A stretch of 64,000 bases of DNA from an uncultured Pseudomonadota bacterium (GCA_963770835.1 CAVYRH010000019.1:256001-320000), one strand, 5' to 3'; counted from the first letter of the stretch, positions 41,606 through 52,448 are shown. The notes: generated by a model not told the origin, from the sequence alone. Program-made: numbers and translations.

Positions 41606-41914
41606 AGGACCTCCAAAATGAGTTTTGAATTTTGGAAATCTTAATGGGGACAAAAAGGCAGGTTCAAGGGGGGTTCAATAAAAAACCGTGATTCGCGGGA
41701 GATTTATTTTTTTCTGCCCAATTCATGTCCTATACGGAGCGGTTCGGGGGACTTCTTCACCCGGAGGGTGGAGGGAGGTTATTGGGAAAAGAAAGGTTTT
41801 ATGGGAAAGCTGAACGTTCGGGAATTTTTATAGATTTTGTCTGATCACCGCCCGGTTTTGAGCGGGGGGAAATGACTTTGCCCGCTCGGAGGCTTTAAAA
41901 ACCGCGGTCCGGAT

Positions 41915-42514
41915 TCATCCCAGGAATGCCTTGGGGACCCGGGCCGCAGGGCCCGCCGTGTTTCCGCGGTTGTCCTCCATCTCCGGGGGGAAAATCTTGG
42001 AGGAGTATTTATCCAAGACATCATCGATGGAGACCCGCAGGTCGGCGGCCCGGATAAGCTGGATGTTTTGGCTGTCATTGAAGGCGGCGATCTCAACGCA
42101 CCGGCCCAAGTCCTTAACCCGGTCCAACACCGGGGAAAAATCCCCGTCCTCGGTCACCACAATGGCCGTATCGAAAATTTTACGGGCCGCGTAATACACC
42201 AGGTCGGAGGCCAGCAAAACGTCCACTCCCCTTTCCTGGACGCTTCCATCGGCCGTCGGGACGAGGCGGCCCAAGCGAAGCTCCAAATAAGGGGTCCGGT
42301 CCAGGGAATCCAGGAACGACATTTGGCTTTTGGCCTTTTCGGGAAAGGCGTTTTTGTCGTAGGCGACGTTGTAGTAAAAGGTGCGGACCAGCTCCCGGTC
42401 GGGCCCGGCCAGGGCCAGGCTTAACTGGTGATAATCCACCCTCGTCGCCCGGTTGTTGCGCTTGAGGGCGAAATAAAAATTGCTTCCGTCAATGAAGACA
42501 CATGCGCGTTCCAT
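41915..42514 (-). CDS. NYN (LabA/DUF88) domain putative RNase
   Basis: VFIDGSNF, ERGVDVLLASD, VVTEDGDF, GRCV. Confidence 0.92.
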   Translation of the reverse strand: MERACVFIDGSNFYFALKRNNRATRVDYHQLSLALAGPDRELVRTFYYNVAYDKNAFPEKAKSQMSFLDSLDRTPYLELRLGRLVPTADGSVQERGVDVLLASDLVYYAARKIFDTAIVVTEDGDFSPVLDRVKDLGRCVEIAAFNDSQNIQLIRAADLRVSIDDVLDKYSSKIFPPEMEDNRGNTAGPAARVPKAFLG

Positions 42515-42538
42515 GAGTTGGCCGTCCCTTTTGATTGA

Positions 42539-42775
42539 AGTGGGTCCTGCCGGGTTTTAGGCCCCAAAAGCCCTTGATGCCCCATCTTAACCCGCGGGGA
42601 ATCATCCGTCCCGCATAACGTTTGGACGCTTGAACCGGCCGGTTCGGATTGATCTTCCTCCCATTCAAGGTTCCCGCCATGGGGAGGAATGGGAATGCCG
42701 CCGCTCCAATCGGTGAATACACCTTCAAGACAAGTAACGGCGATTTTGCCGCCGAACGACGCCGATACCCCACAT
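42539..42775 (-). ncRNA. Candidate structured RNA upstream of the NYN gene; family not recognised
   Basis: At least six stems in ~240 nt; G-U pairs favour the minus strand; no credible ORF. Confidence 0.4.
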
Positions 42776-43050
42776 GTCCGTTGTTCTAAAGTTTTAGAAA
42801 ATGAGGGGTGGCATAAACGCCGAAAAGTCTTTGAATTTCTTTCCTTTCCGCGTCAATCTGCGTCTGTCGGCGGTCCCCTTTTTTATGTCTTTCCGATTTT
42901 TACATTTCACTTGTCGTCATGGGATAGTCCCCTCCCTTCACCCAGCCGCCCCGGCCCCGCATTTGGCCCAAAAGGAATGTCCGCTTCTTGTTTTTTCGTT
43001 CGTCGTAATGGTATAAGCCGTGAAACAAAATAGAGCAAAGGAGCCCCACC

Positions 43051-43668
43051 ATGCAGACTGCAACATGGAACGTCATTCCCCAGGATGAAGTGATCGAACA
43101 AACCGCCGCCGCCCTGACGGCCAAAGGCATGGCGGCGCGCGTCGTGGAGAGCGGCGATATCGCCCGCAAAGAGGCCCTGGCCCTGATCCCGGACGGCGCG
43201 AGCGTGATGAACGTCACCTCGGCAACGGTGGACCAGATTGGCCTGGCCGCGGAAATCGCCGAATCCACCCGGTTTGAGGCGCTCCGCAAAAAAATCACTT
43301 CCTTGCCCCAGGCCGAGATGCGCGCCCAAATGCGCCGCGCCGGGTCGGTGGCCGACGTGGTGGTGGGCAGCGTGCACGCGCTCACCCAGGACGGCAAGGC
43401 GGTGGTCGTCTCGGGCAGCGGAAGCCAGTTGGCCCCCTACGCCTTCGGGGCGGCCAAGGTGATCTGGGTCGTGGGGGCCCAAAAGATCGTCAAGGACCTG
43501 GACGAGGCCATGCGGCGCATCGAGGAACATACCCTTCCGCTGGAAGTCGAGAGGATGCAAAAAATCTACGGCCGCGGAAGCTCGATCGCCAAGGTGCTCA
43601 TCTTCAACCGCGAAGGCGCGCCCGACCGGGTGAACATCTTCATCGTGAAGCAGGTATTGGGTTTTTAA
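43051..43668 (+). CDS. LUD (lactate utilisation, YkgG-like) domain protein
   Basis: GSVHALTQDG...SGSGSQL...VGAQKIVKDLDEA. Confidence 0.85.
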   Translation: MQTATWNVIPQDEVIEQTAAALTAKGMAARVVESGDIARKEALALIPDGASVMNVTSATVDQIGLAAEIAESTRFEALRKKITSLPQAEMRAQMRRAGSVADVVVGSVHALTQDGKAVVVSGSGSQLAPYAFGAAKVIWVVGAQKIVKDLDEAMRRIEEHTLPLEVERMQKIYGRGSSIAKVLIFNREGAPDRVNIFIVKQVLGF

Positions 43669-44258
43669 TCTCCGCCCGGAATTTTCCCCAATCGCTCGCC
43701 GATCCCCGGGTATTCAACAACGAACCCGTTTGAATCAACCCGTAGGTCGGCCTTGAAGCCTCCCGATGAAAAGTGAACGAGGCCCTTTTGGGGGGGCTTG
43801 GGCAGGCGGGTATAAGTTTGCCGGGAAGGAACCACCCGGAGGCCGGGCATTTCGATGAAAACCATCAAGAACGTCATGGAGCCGGGTTTGCGGTGTAGCT
43901 GGTGCCGTAAAATCGGCATCGTATTGGTCAAAGGCGAATAGGCGATATCGCAATCCAACGCCCCCAAGAATTCCGGTGTGGGGCGGCCCATGACGGACCA
44001 CCCTTTTTTGCCGTTTCTCACCTCCAAACGCCGCCGGCGGTGGCCCGTCTCCGTGGTCACCGACAACTTACGGGTCACGCCATGGCTGTCCACTTCCAGT
44101 GAATAAACCGCCCAATAGAATTCGGGGGTTCGGGCCAAAATCCTTCCCTCCGCCCTAAACCCCAGCCCTTTTCCCAAGGAAAGCCATGCGCTCTCAAAAC
44201 CATTCGTCGCTTGAACAGCCCAAGACAACATTCTTTTCTTGGATGGTTTCAATCGCAT
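43665..44258 (-). CDS. Putative glycolipid-binding domain protein (PA1994-like)
   Basis: DCDIAYSPLTNTMPI, QTY, FKADLRVDSNGFVVEYPG. Confidence 0.82.
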   Translation of the reverse strand: MRLKPSKKRMLSWAVQATNGFESAWLSLGKGLGFRAEGRILARTPEFYWAVYSLEVDSHGVTRKLSVTTETGHRRRRLEVRNGKKGWSVMGRPTPEFLGALDCDIAYSPLTNTMPILRHQLHRKPGSMTFLMVFIEMPGLRVVPSRQTYTRLPKPPQKGLVHFSSGGFKADLRVDSNGFVVEYPGIGERLGKIPGGD

Positions 44259-44433
44259 GGCAATTTTTCCTGTTGGATTTCCTTAAGCCCTTTTACCTGT
44301 CCGCAGTTGGTACAACGAATTGATGTGCAACAGCATCAATATCGGAACGCCGAAACCCGGGATCATCAACACATAGTCCAGGTAGGCAATGGAATGTCCC
44401 TGTTGGACCAACTGGCGGACGAAGGGCACATAG

Positions 44434-44964
44434 CTAGTGCGGCTCCGGGCGGTCCGGCACTTCAATTGGCTGTTGCAAAATGACTTTGAGCGCGGTCAGG
44501 AAGGCGAAAGCAACGGTAAAGAAGTCGACCGTCAAGGCCGTGATGTAGACCGCGGGGCTGTAGGGGAGGCCTGCTAAAACATAGACCAGCATCGCCAGTG
44601 TCACGGCGGCGCCCAACACAACGAAAACCGCGAGTATGGGGAGCGGCGGTCCTTGGCCGACCACCTTGCGGCGCCGGTACGGATAAGTGACCTGAAGCGA
44701 CAGCATCGGCAGCGCGAAAAGCACGGCGGAGCCTTGCCAAATCCACTTTTCCGGGATGTCGTAGAGCGCCAATAGCGCCGGCAGCAGCGCCGCCGCCATC
44801 AATATGAAAATGTGCACCATGATCGTTTTCGCGAGGAACGCGTCAAGCACTGACAACCTCGCCCCGGCAGCCTGCCGGACGCTCAACAAGAGCGCCGAGA
44901 ACCCCGCGAAGGTGATCATCAGGCCGGCCAATGTGTACAGAAAGACTGCGCCTTTGACTTCCAT
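44434..44964 (-). CDS. Hypothetical membrane protein
   Basis: About 5 hydrophobic segments; LAGLMITFAGFS start. Confidence 0.7.
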   Translation of the reverse strand: MEVKGAVFLYTLAGLMITFAGFSALLLSVRQAAGARLSVLDAFLAKTIMVHIFILMAAALLPALLALYDIPEKWIWQGSAVLFALPMLSLQVTYPYRRRKVVGQGPPLPILAVFVVLGAAVTLAMLVYVLAGLPYSPAVYITALTVDFFTVAFAFLTALKVILQQPIEVPDRPEPH

Positions 44965-45091
44965 GGTTTGCCCCGCCTTGACCGCCGTCAGAGGATGTTG
45001 TGGCTCATCGGGGCTGATTTTAATCTGCCTCTCTTTCGAGGCGCAAGAGGCAAGGCCCGCCTTCCGGCAAAAACCTCAGTCGCTGAAGGCG

Positions 45092-45421
45092 TTAGGGGTC
45101 TTCATGGATGAAAGGTTTTATTTTATCGACAAGTGGCGGTAGGTCTTCATGGATGATTTCCCAGATACGGTCCAAATTGATGCCTAGATAGTCATGGACC
45201 AAAACGTTCCGGAAAGCCCCGATATCCCGCCATGGGATTTCAGGGTGCCTTTCCTTGGTTTCTGGGGAAATATGTTGTAGGGATTCGGATAGTTCTTGGA
45301 GTTCCCGCAAGACGGCCTTTTGGGTGCGGCGGTCTTGGTTAAAAGCCTCCCGGCCTTCCACGACATAACCCTGGACGGCTTTAGCGCATTCCAAAATATG
45401 GCGGAGATAATACGCGGTCAT
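45092..45421 (-). CDS. HEPN/DUF86 (HepT-like) RNase toxin; N-terminus possibly frameshifted
   Basis: IPW....FRNVLVHDY (RX4HXY). Confidence 0.88.
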   Translation of the reverse strand: MTAYYLRHILECAKAVQGYVVEGREAFNQDRRTQKAVLRELQELSESLQHISPETKERHPEIPWRDIGAFRNVLVHDYLGINLDRIWEIIHEDLPPLVDKIKPFIHEDP

Positions 45422-45424
45422 CCT

Positions 45425-45715
45425 TCAAAGCGGATGGGCCTCACTAAGGACAGTTTCCCGGATTTCCGGGCGCAGGGCCCCGCGTTCCACCACATCCACC
45501 CTTCGGCCCAAAAGTTCCTCCAAGTCGGCTACAAGCCCGCCCGGGAACCAGGGCGTGACTTTTTTTCCCGCCGTTATGAGGAAATCCACGTCGCTATTTT
45601 CCCGGGCTTCGCCCCGGGCAACGGAACCAAAGATCCGGATATCCTCCACGCCATGCTTATGGGCGATTCGGAGGATTTCAGGGCGCTTATTTTCAAGAAT
45701 CTCCTGGATTCCCAT
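45425..45715 (-). CDS. Minimal nucleotidyltransferase (MntA-like) antitoxin
   Basis: FGSVARGEARENSDVD (GSX10DXD), LGRRVDVV. Confidence 0.92.
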   Translation of the reverse strand: MGIQEILENKRPEILRIAHKHGVEDIRIFGSVARGEARENSDVDFLITAGKKVTPWFPGGLVADLEELLGRRVDVVERGALRPEIRETVLSEAHPL

Positions 45716-45867
45716 GCTTCTGTCCTTTCGGCCGATCCAACAGGGGTGGTGAACGATTCATTATTATACTTGGCGCCGGCCAAACAACCAAAGCTAACGA
45801 AAATGGGGTAATGTTACAGTTTGAAAAGGACTTTCGTGTTTAAGTTCTCTTTGCGAGGTGGCGCGGC

Positions 45868-48800
45868 TCAGCGCAGGACCGAAACCTTGACCACCTGCCG
45901 GCTCACCAGGCCCCCCTCGGCGTCCCTCTCCTCCACTACCGCCAGGTAGAGCCCGCTGGCCTTGCCCGCGGCGTTCCAGGCGGGCGGGGAGGCCGCGTTG
46001 TTGCCCGAGGCTTTGCCCACCAGTTCCCCCGCCACCGTGTACACCGAAACCCGCAGCGTCAGGGCCAGGGCCGAATTCGTGCTGAAGGTGGCCGTCGTGG
46101 AGCCGTTCTTGAGAACGTTCGGCCAGGCGGCCACCATGCCGGCCCCGGCGTGGACATCCTTGTCCTCCACCGTCACTTCCCCCGTTACCACGGTCTGAAG
46201 GCCCGACCCGCTTTGCGTGGAGAGTTCCACGATGTAACGCCCGCTTTCCACGAAGACCCCCGTGTCGCTTTTGCCGTCCCACACCGCCGTCGCGCCGTTG
46301 CCCATGCTGATCGTCAGCTCGCTGGGTATGCCCGGCGTCGGGGCGCCTGCGGGCTCGATGGTGCTCGAGGAAAGGGCGATCTGGCCCATCGGCGGCAGGC
46401 CCGGGTCCTCCCGGTAGAGCACCAGGTGCCGCACCACTTCCCCGGCCTCGTTGAAGATCAGCACTTGGGTCGTGTAGATGGTCCGGCTCACGGTCACTTG
46501 CTGCGTTGTGCTGGTCACCACGCCGGCGCCGTCGATGTTATCCACCTTCACGTAGTAAACGCCGTTGGAAACCGGGTTGCCGGCGCCGTTGGTGCCGTCC
46601 CAAACGCCGATGGGCGCGCCCCCGGCGATGATCGTTACCGCGTTGTCGGCCCCGTTCAAGGAAGTAATGGTGCCCCCGGAAGCCAGCTGGAAGCTCACCA
46701 CGGGCTGGACCATCTGCTCCACCAGCACCTCTTTCACCAATTCCCCGGCCTCGTTGTAAACCCCGATCTTCAAGGTGACCAGCACGTTGGTGGTGGGCGT
46801 GGGCGTGAAGGTATACGTGAAGGTCGGGCTGAAGGTGGGAGTGTTCGTGGGGGTAAAGCTATCCGTGAGGGTGGGAGTCGAGGTGGGGGTTTTGGTGGGC
46901 GTATTCGTGGGGGTTGGCGTGGCCGTGTTGGTCGGGGTGAAGGTCGCGGTAAAAGTGGGCGTCAGGGTCGGCGTGGAGGTATTCGTGGGCGTGGGGGTGT
47001 TGGTGGGCGTGTTGGTAGGCGTGAAGGTGTTCGTGTTGGTCGGCGTATTCGTGGCCGTGGCCGAGGGGATGGGGGTGTTCGTGGGGGTGGGCGTGGCCGT
47101 GTTGGTCGGGGTATTGGTGGGGGTGTAGGTAGGCGTCGGAGTGAATGTATCGGTGGGGGTGTTGGTGGGCGTGGGGGTATCGGTATTGGTGGGTGTATTG
47201 GTAGGCGTGACCGAAGGCACCGGGGTAGGCGTATCCGTAGGAGTGTTGGTGGGCGTCAGTGTCGGCGTATTGGTAGGGGTATTCGTGGGTGTGGGGGTAT
47301 TGGTGGGCGTGTTGGTGGGCGTCGGGGTCGGCGTATTGGTGGGGGTATTGGTGTTGGTGGGTGTAGCCGTGGGAGTATTGGTGGGCGTCAGGGTTGGGGT
47401 ATCCGTCGGCGTGCCGGTGAAATGAAGGGTATTGGTGGGCGTGGGGGTGTCGGTGTTGGTAGGAGTATTCGTCGGCGTGTTGGTGGACGTGGGAGTGGGG
47501 GTGTTCGTGGGCGTGTTGGTAGGCGTGAAGGTATCGGTATTGGTGGGCGTAGCCGTGGGAGTATTGGTCGGCGTCAGGGTCGGCGTGTTGGTGGGCGTGT
47601 TCGTGGGCGTTGGGGTTTTGGTGGGGGTGTTGGTCGGCGTCAGGGTGGGCGTAGCCGTGGGGGTGTTGGTGGGCGTGGGGGTGTCGGTATTGGTGGGGGT
47701 ATTGGTGGGCGTGTTGGTGGGAGTGGGCGTGGGGGTCCAGCAGGGGCCGGAATAGACGAAACCGATGTCGCTGAATTGCACCGTATCGTCCCCGGAGGCG
47801 GTGTTGCCGTCGATGAAGTCGATTTCGCTGAAAGTCGACGGGGTAAAGCTCGTAAAGGCGCTCAAGGGGATGTACACCTGCTGCCAGGCGCCGGTGATGG
47901 CGCCCCCCGGAATGTAACTGGTGATGGTGACCCGGTTGGAGGTGTTGCCGACGGCGTCCCTCAAGGCCACCTGCATAAAACTAACCGGCGCCCCGGTGCT
48001 CCGCACCCAAAGCACCAAATCGGCGTAGGGGGTCAGGTTCCAAGCCAGGGCGGCGGTACCGTTGGTGAAATTCCAGCCCGCGCCGGCGTAATAGCCCGAG
48101 GGCCAGTTGAAATTATACTGAAGGGCCTTTTCTCCCGCCAAATGGCCCGGGCTGACTTCCGACACGGTGGCGTCGTTGGTCCAGGTATAGCCCGCCGACA
48201 AACTGGTGGCCGGCGTCAGGCCGTTGTAAATATCGTTCGGCGGGCAGGAGAAGGGCGGCGTCGGCGTGTAGGTGGGGGTGGGGGTGTCGGTGGGGGTCGG
48301 CGTATCCGTGGGGGTATTGGTGTTGGTAGGCGTGTTGGTGGGGGCGGGGGTCGGCGTCCGGGTGGGCGTGGGAGTGGGCGTGGGGCTGAGGGTCGGCACG
48401 CAGGCGACGGCGTCCGACACGGAGTTCGAGGCCTTGTTGCCGTCGGGCCAGGCCAGCGACGCCTGGTCCACCAGCGTGAAGCAGCTGCTGCCGGGGGTGG
48501 GCTGGGGGATGAAATTCATGTCCGAAACCGACGCCGAAAGGGTGACGCAGCCCGTCTCGAAATTGGGGAATACGATCGAGTTCCCGTTGGCGGTGGGTTC
48601 GTTGGCCTGGGCGTTCAAGGGGCCGGAGTAGCACATCGTGAAAGGTTCGACGGCGTCCCCGTATCCCCAGCATCCGAACGAAAAAGTGCCGCCCTGGGAG
48701 GCGGTGTCCTGCAGGAAATTGTCCGTGATGGTGGTGGGCCCGTCGGTGACCGGCGCGCCGGTGTCGCAGACCGTGATGGAGAAGGTGATGGCCATCTGGC

Positions 48801-49554
48801 CGAAGCCGGTGACCGCGCCCGACTGGGACTTGGTGATGGTGAAGGCCGGGGGCCCCAGGACGGGCTGGGGGGTGGGAATGGGCGTGCATTGGCGCCAGAA
48901 CAGGGCGCCCGTGGCGTTGTTGGTGCCGTAGTCCCCCGAGCAGTTGTTAGCGATGAAAGGAAGCCTCTGGCCGGTGACCGGGTTAAAGATGGACTCGGCC
49001 CAGGTGGAGGTCGTCACCCCGCTGGAGCAATAGGAGGTGCTGAAGGCGGCCGTGCTGTTGTTGAAGTTTGGGCTGGTCCAGGTGACGCCGTTGGAGTCGG
49101 TGGCCGGCGCGGCGGAGGGATTGCCCGCCGGGTTGTAGACCATTTCCATGCCGCCCGACGAACTGGTGATCTCCGAGTGGCCCCCGCCCTGGCAGGTGAT
49201 GTCCAGGTCCCAGGAGCTGAAATTGACATAGGGGTTGGTGTTTTGCGTGTACACCGCCAGGCAGACTTGCGGACCCGCCAGCAGGCTCACCGGCACGTTG
49301 GCGCAGGTGGGAAAGCCCGCTTTCTCGGTCCCGGGCACGCCGGCGTAGGGGAAGAAGCCGATGGAAACCCCGCCGACCCAAACCGTCGTGTCGTCGTCAC
49401 CGGACACGCAGAGCGTGGCGGACGTAGGCGTGCAGGCCTGGGCCCAAACGGGTCCGGACGGGGCCGCCATGCCCAGCAGGAGGATTCCCCCTCCCAGGAT
49501 GAAATAAGTTGTCAGGGGGGCCCGATGAAAAAGGGCCCTGAAGTTTCGGTCCAT
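45868..49554 (-). CDS. Large secreted Cys-rich protein with CBM-like domain, PT-repeat linkers and C-terminal FlgD-like Ig domains
   Basis: Signal-like ..[16 protein letters not shown] (CBM-like); ~310-aa TPTN tract; [21 protein letters not shown] repeats; alternative start 49614. Confidence 0.85.
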   Translation of the reverse strand: MDRNFRALFHRAPLTTYFILGGGILLLGMAAPSGPVWAQACTPTSATLCVSGDDDTTVWVGGVSIGFFPYAGVPGTEKAGFPTCANVPVSLLAGPQVCLAVYTQNTNPYVNFSSWDLDITCQGGGHSEITSSSGGMEMVYNPAGNPSAAPATDSNGVTWTSPNFNNSTAAFSTSYCSSGVTTSTWAESIFNPVTGQRLPFIANNCSGDYGTNNATGALFWRQCTPIPTPQPVLGPPAFTITKSQSGAVTGFGQMAITFSITVCDTGAPVTDGPTTITDNFLQDTASQGGTFSFGCWGYGDAVEPFTMCYSGPLNAQANEPTANGNSIVFPNFETGCVTLSASVSDMNFIPQPTPGSSCFTLVDQASLAWPDGNKASNSVSDAVACVPTLSPTPTPTPTRTPTPAPTNTPTNTNTPTDTPTPTDTPTPTYTPTPPFSCPPNDIYNGLTPATSLSAGYTWTNDATVSEVSPGHLAGEKALQYNFNWPSGYYAGAGWNFTNGTAALAWNLTPYADLVLWVRSTGAPVSFMQVALRDAVGNTSNRVTITSYIPGGAITGAWQQVYIPLSAFTSFTPSTFSEIDFIDGNTASGDDTVQFSDIGFVYSGPCWTPTPTPTNTPTNTPTNTDTPTPTNTPTATPTLTPTNTPTKTPTPTNTPTNTPTLTPTNTPTATPTNTDTFTPTNTPTNTPTPTSTNTPTNTPTNTDTPTPTNTLHFTGTPTDTPTLTPTNTPTATPTNTNTPTNTPTPTPTNTPTNTPTPTNTPTNTPTLTPTNTPTDTPTPVPSVTPTNTPTNTDTPTPTNTPTDTFTPTPTYTPTNTPTNTATPTPTNTPIPSATATNTPTNTNTFTPTNTPTNTPTPTNTSTPTLTPTFTATFTPTNTATPTPTNTPTKTPTSTPTLTDSFTPTNTPTFSPTFTYTFTPTPTTNVLVTLKIGVYNEAGELVKEVLVEQMVQPVVSFQLASGGTITSLNGADNAVTIIAGGAPIGVWDGTNGAGNPVSNGVYYVKVDNIDGAGVVTSTTQQVTVSRTIYTTQVLIFNEAGEVVRHLVLYREDPGLPPMGQIALSSSTIEPAGAPTPGIPSELTISMGNGATAVWDGKSDTGVFVESGRYIVELSTQSGSGLQTVVTGEVTVEDKDVHAGAGMVAAWPNVLKNGSTTATFSTNSALALTLRVSVYTVAGELVGKASGNNAASPPAWNAAGKASGLYLAVVEERDAEGGLVSRQVVKVSVLR
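46790..47736 (-). repeat. Degenerate 12-18-nt coding tandem repeats (TPTN/TPTNT.)
   Basis: Repeated GTGGGCGT(G/A)TT(G/C) units on the plus strand. Confidence 0.9.
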
Positions 49555-49788
49555 GGTCTTCAAACCCGGTCCGGGAAGAAACGAGGGTGATTTGCCTCGT
49601 GAAAAACCGAACAAACTGAAATTGTTTTAAGTTTGTTTAAGTTTGTGATTAGACCAATAATTTCTCACGAAAACGCCTTTCTTGCAGTATCCCAGGGGCC
49701 CATTTCAAGGCCCCCGTTTAACTGGAGTAGTGATCCGGTTTAAATCTTCCCGAGGTATCACCCTGCGGCCGGTTTATCACCGCGAATA

Positions 49789-49822
49789 AAAAAAGGCGGA
49801 GCCTTTCGGCCCCGCCTTTTTT
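49789..49822 (-). terminator. Intrinsic terminator after the FKBP gene
   Basis: A7-GGCGG(A)GCC-tttc-GGC(C)CCGCC-T6. Confidence 0.8.
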
Positions 49823-49869
49823 ATCTTTGGACTGCCTGCCAGCTGCGAACTGTCAGCTGTCAACTGCCG

Positions 49870-50382
49870 TTATTGGGAAATATCCAAAAGTTCCACGTCG
49901 AAGATGAGCGTGGCGTTGGGCGGTATGGCGCCCCCTGCCCCGGCCGCGCCGTAGCCCAGGTCGGGGGGGATGGTCAATTTGCGTTTTTCACCCACGCGCA
50001 TCCCCGCCACGCCGATATCCCAGCCCTGGATGACCTGACCGGCCCCGAGGATGAACTGGAAGGGTTGTCCCCGGTCCACCGAACTGTCGAATTTGGTCCC
50101 ATTGGTCAGCCAGCCGGTGTAATGCACGCTGACGGTTTCCCCCCTCATGGCAAAAGACCCTTTTCCCCGCTTGAGGATTTGGTACTTGAGCCCCGAGGGC
50201 GTGGTGATGACCTCCGGCTCGGCCTTCTTTTTCTTGGCTGCCGGGGTCGGGCTGGCTGAGGCGTCCGTGGCGGCGGGGGTAGCGGCAACGGGGGTGGCGT
50301 CCTGCGCCATCGCGTTGGAGCCTATTCCCAAGCCTAGCAAGGCCAGGATGGCGGGAATCAAGACGGTCGTGCGGTATTTCAT
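49870..50382 (-). CDS. FKBP-type peptidyl-prolyl isomerase (exported)
   Basis: [41 protein letters not shown]; signal peptide. Confidence 0.95.
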   Translation of the reverse strand: MKYRTTVLIPAILALLGLGIGSNAMAQDATPVAATPAATDASASPTPAAKKKKAEPEVITTPSGLKYQILKRGKGSFAMRGETVSVHYTGWLTNGTKFDSSVDRGQPFQFILGAGQVIQGWDIGVAGMRVGEKRKLTIPPDLGYGAAGAGGAIPPNATLIFDVELLDISQ

Positions 50383-50448
50383 TTTCTTTTCTCCATTTCT
50401 AAAGGTAGCGGATGAAGCGCGAGTATACCCGATCCGCGGAACCAATTT

Positions 50449-50572
50449 AACCACCAAGGCACCAAGGGCACCAAGAACGACGAAAGACACTAATGTTTAA
50501 GAAAGCCTTAAACCCAATCTTTGTTTCAGCCTTTCTTGGTGCCCTTGGTGCCTTGGTGGTTCAAACCGCCTT
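50449..50572. repeat. Palindromic CCAAG/CTTGG repeat element
   Basis: AACCACCAAGGCACCAAGGGCACCAAG...CTTGGTGCCCTTGGTGCCTTGGTGGTT; related to 36676-36799 and 59636-59728. Confidence 0.8.
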
Positions 50573-50801
50573 GGCTTGCTGTTAGTTTTCGGTTAGAGTT
50601 CATGTTTCGGCGTTGATTATGGTTTACCCGGATGTTACGACCAAAATCAGGCGGAAAACGGGGGTGGCAATATAATGCCCACTCACTTACCCGGCGGCCT
50701 TGCGGACCACACCATCCGGTAAATCCCGTTTCAATTTTATATATTTGGTTTTTGCTAACCTTTGTAACTTGGTGATGAACAATATTTAAGGAGTCTTTTC
50801 A

Positions 50802-52448
50802 ATGGCCCGAAAGTTATTGGCGGTTTTGGCGATGGCAGTGGTTTTAACCGGCTGTTCCCATGTGGATCCCAAAATCTATTCCCAAGACAGGCCGGTGGCG
50901 GACGGGGACATGCTGGTGGAAGCCAGCAACAAAGAGCCGAAACATTTAATGCCGCCCCTGGTGCCGGATATGGTCGGCTGGTGCATCGATAATTGGTTGG
51001 TGTTCAACGGGCTGATCCGTTTAAATGAAAATTACGATCCCGTGCCCAGCCTCGCGGAAAAATGGACCGTTTCCAAGGACGGCAAGGTCATTACCTATTA
51101 CCTGCGCAAAGGCGTTCGTTTCCAGGATGGGGTGGAGTTCACGGCGCAGGACGTGCTTTTCACTTATCAGGTTTATTCCGACCCGAAGGTGAATGGCCCC
51201 AGGGGGTCCTACTACGAGAATATCAAAAACGTCGAAATCCTGGACCCCTACACGGTCCGGGTAAACTATAAAAAACCCTATCCTGCGGCCCTGGGCCAGA
51301 CCTTCGACTGCATCCTTCCCAAACACTTATTGGAAGGCCAGGACATCAATAAGTCGGACTTCGACCGCCATCCCGTCGGCACCGGCCCCTACAAGTTCGT
51401 GGAATGGAAAACCGACCAGCAGATCGTGCTGGAAGCCAATCCCGATTACTGGGAAGGCAAGCCCCATATCCAAAAGTTCGTCATGCGAATCATTCCCGAC
51501 CAATCTACGGAATTCCTCGACCTCCTGAACGGGGGGATCGACGCCATCGGGCCCTGGTTATTTGGATCCATGAGCGCGGAACAATATGTCAAAGACACGG
51601 AAAACCCGAAGTTCAAGGATTACTACAACGTTTATAAAACGAATACATTGGCCTATGTCTATATTGGTTGGAATCCGAAAAACCCGTTATTCAAGGACAA
51701 GAAGGTCCGGCAGGCCCTGACGATGGCCATCGACCGCCAAACCCTCATCCAAAACGTCCTTTTCGGTCAGGGGACTATTTCCACCGGTCCATTCCATACC
51801 TGGGCAAATAATCCGGACATCAAGCCCTGGCCCTTCGATCCGGCAAAAGCGCGGGAATACCTAAAGGAAGCTGGCTGGAAGCCGGGCCCGGACGGGATTC
51901 TGCATAAGACCATTGCCGGCAAGGATACGCCGTTCAAATTCAATCTTTTGATCTGCCAGGGATACGTCGAATCCGAAAGAATGGCCACGATCATTCAACA
52001 GCAGTTGAAGCAGCTGGGTATCCAGATTGACGTGCAGGTTTACGAATTCGGCACCTATTGGTCCCAATACCTGGAAAGCCGGAAGTTCGAAGCCTATATC
52101 GGGGAGTGGTTTACCGACCCGGACCCGTCTGACACCTACCAGATATTTCATTCCAGCCAGACGGACCAGAACCAATTCAATTTCGTCAGCTACAGCAACC
52201 AGCAAGTCGACCGGCTTCTGGAGGAGGCGCGCGAAACCTTCGATTTGACGAAACGCAAGAAAATCTATTGGAAAATTCAATCCATCCTCAACGAGGACCA
52301 GCCCTATACCTTCCTCTATGTCCCCAACAATTTCATGGCCATCCACAAAAGGTTCAAGGGTTATCAAATGAATCCCAACGGCGTCCTGATGCACCCGGAA
52401 AAATGGTACGTGCCGGCGGACCAGCAAAAATATTCCGTCAAGCCCTGA
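50802..52448 (+). CDS. Peptide/nickel ABC transporter substrate-binding lipoprotein (OppA/DppA family)
   Basis: Lipobox LTGC; LAEKWTVSKDG, LRKGVRFQDG, PVGTGPYKF, VRQALTMAIDR. Confidence 0.93.
   Translation: MARKLLAVLAMAVVLTGCSHVDPKIYSQDRPVADGDMLVEASNKEPKHLMPPLVPDMVGWCIDNWLVFNGLIRLNENYDPVPSLAEKWTVSKDGKVITYYLRKGVRFQDGVEFTAQDVLFTYQVYSDPKVNGPRGSYYENIKNVEILDPYTVRVNYKKPYPAALGQTFDCILPKHLLEGQDINKSDFDRHPVGTGPYKFVEWKTDQQIVLEANPDYWEGKPHIQKFVMRIIPDQSTEFLDLLNGGIDAIGPWLFGSMSAEQYVKDTENPKFKDYYNVYKTNTLAYVYIGWNPKNPLFKDKKVRQALTMAIDRQTLIQNVLFGQGTISTGPFHTWANNPDIKPWPFDPAKAREYLKEAGWKPGPDGILHKTIAGKDTPFKFNLLICQGYVESERMATIIQQQLKQLGIQIDVQVYEFGTYWSQYLESRKFEAYIGEWFTDPDPSDTYQIFHSSQTDQNQFNFVSYSNQQVDRLLEEARETFDLTKRKKIYWKIQSILNEDQPYTFLYVPNNFMAIHKRFKGYQMNPNGVLMHPEKWYVPADQQKYSVKP

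Noticed and set aside
42539..42775. RNase P RNA, SRP RNA or tmRNA
   Set aside because: GAGGAAGAUC and AAAACCCGGC resemble RNase P motifs, but the P4 pairing cannot be formed; no SRP GGAAGGAAGCAGC loop and no tRNA-like ends.
43019..43028. Canonical parS site (CGTGAAACA)
   Set aside because: Only a half-site; the left arm is missing.
46790..47736. CRISPR-like periodicity
   Set aside because: Units are degenerate in-frame codon repeats without unique spacers; no cas genes.
46150..49590. 1146-aa plus-strand ORF and the Val/Gly-rich ORFs at 4-267 and 46775-47755
   Set aside because: Antisense shadows of the Thr/Pro-repeat genes; no independent domain signal.
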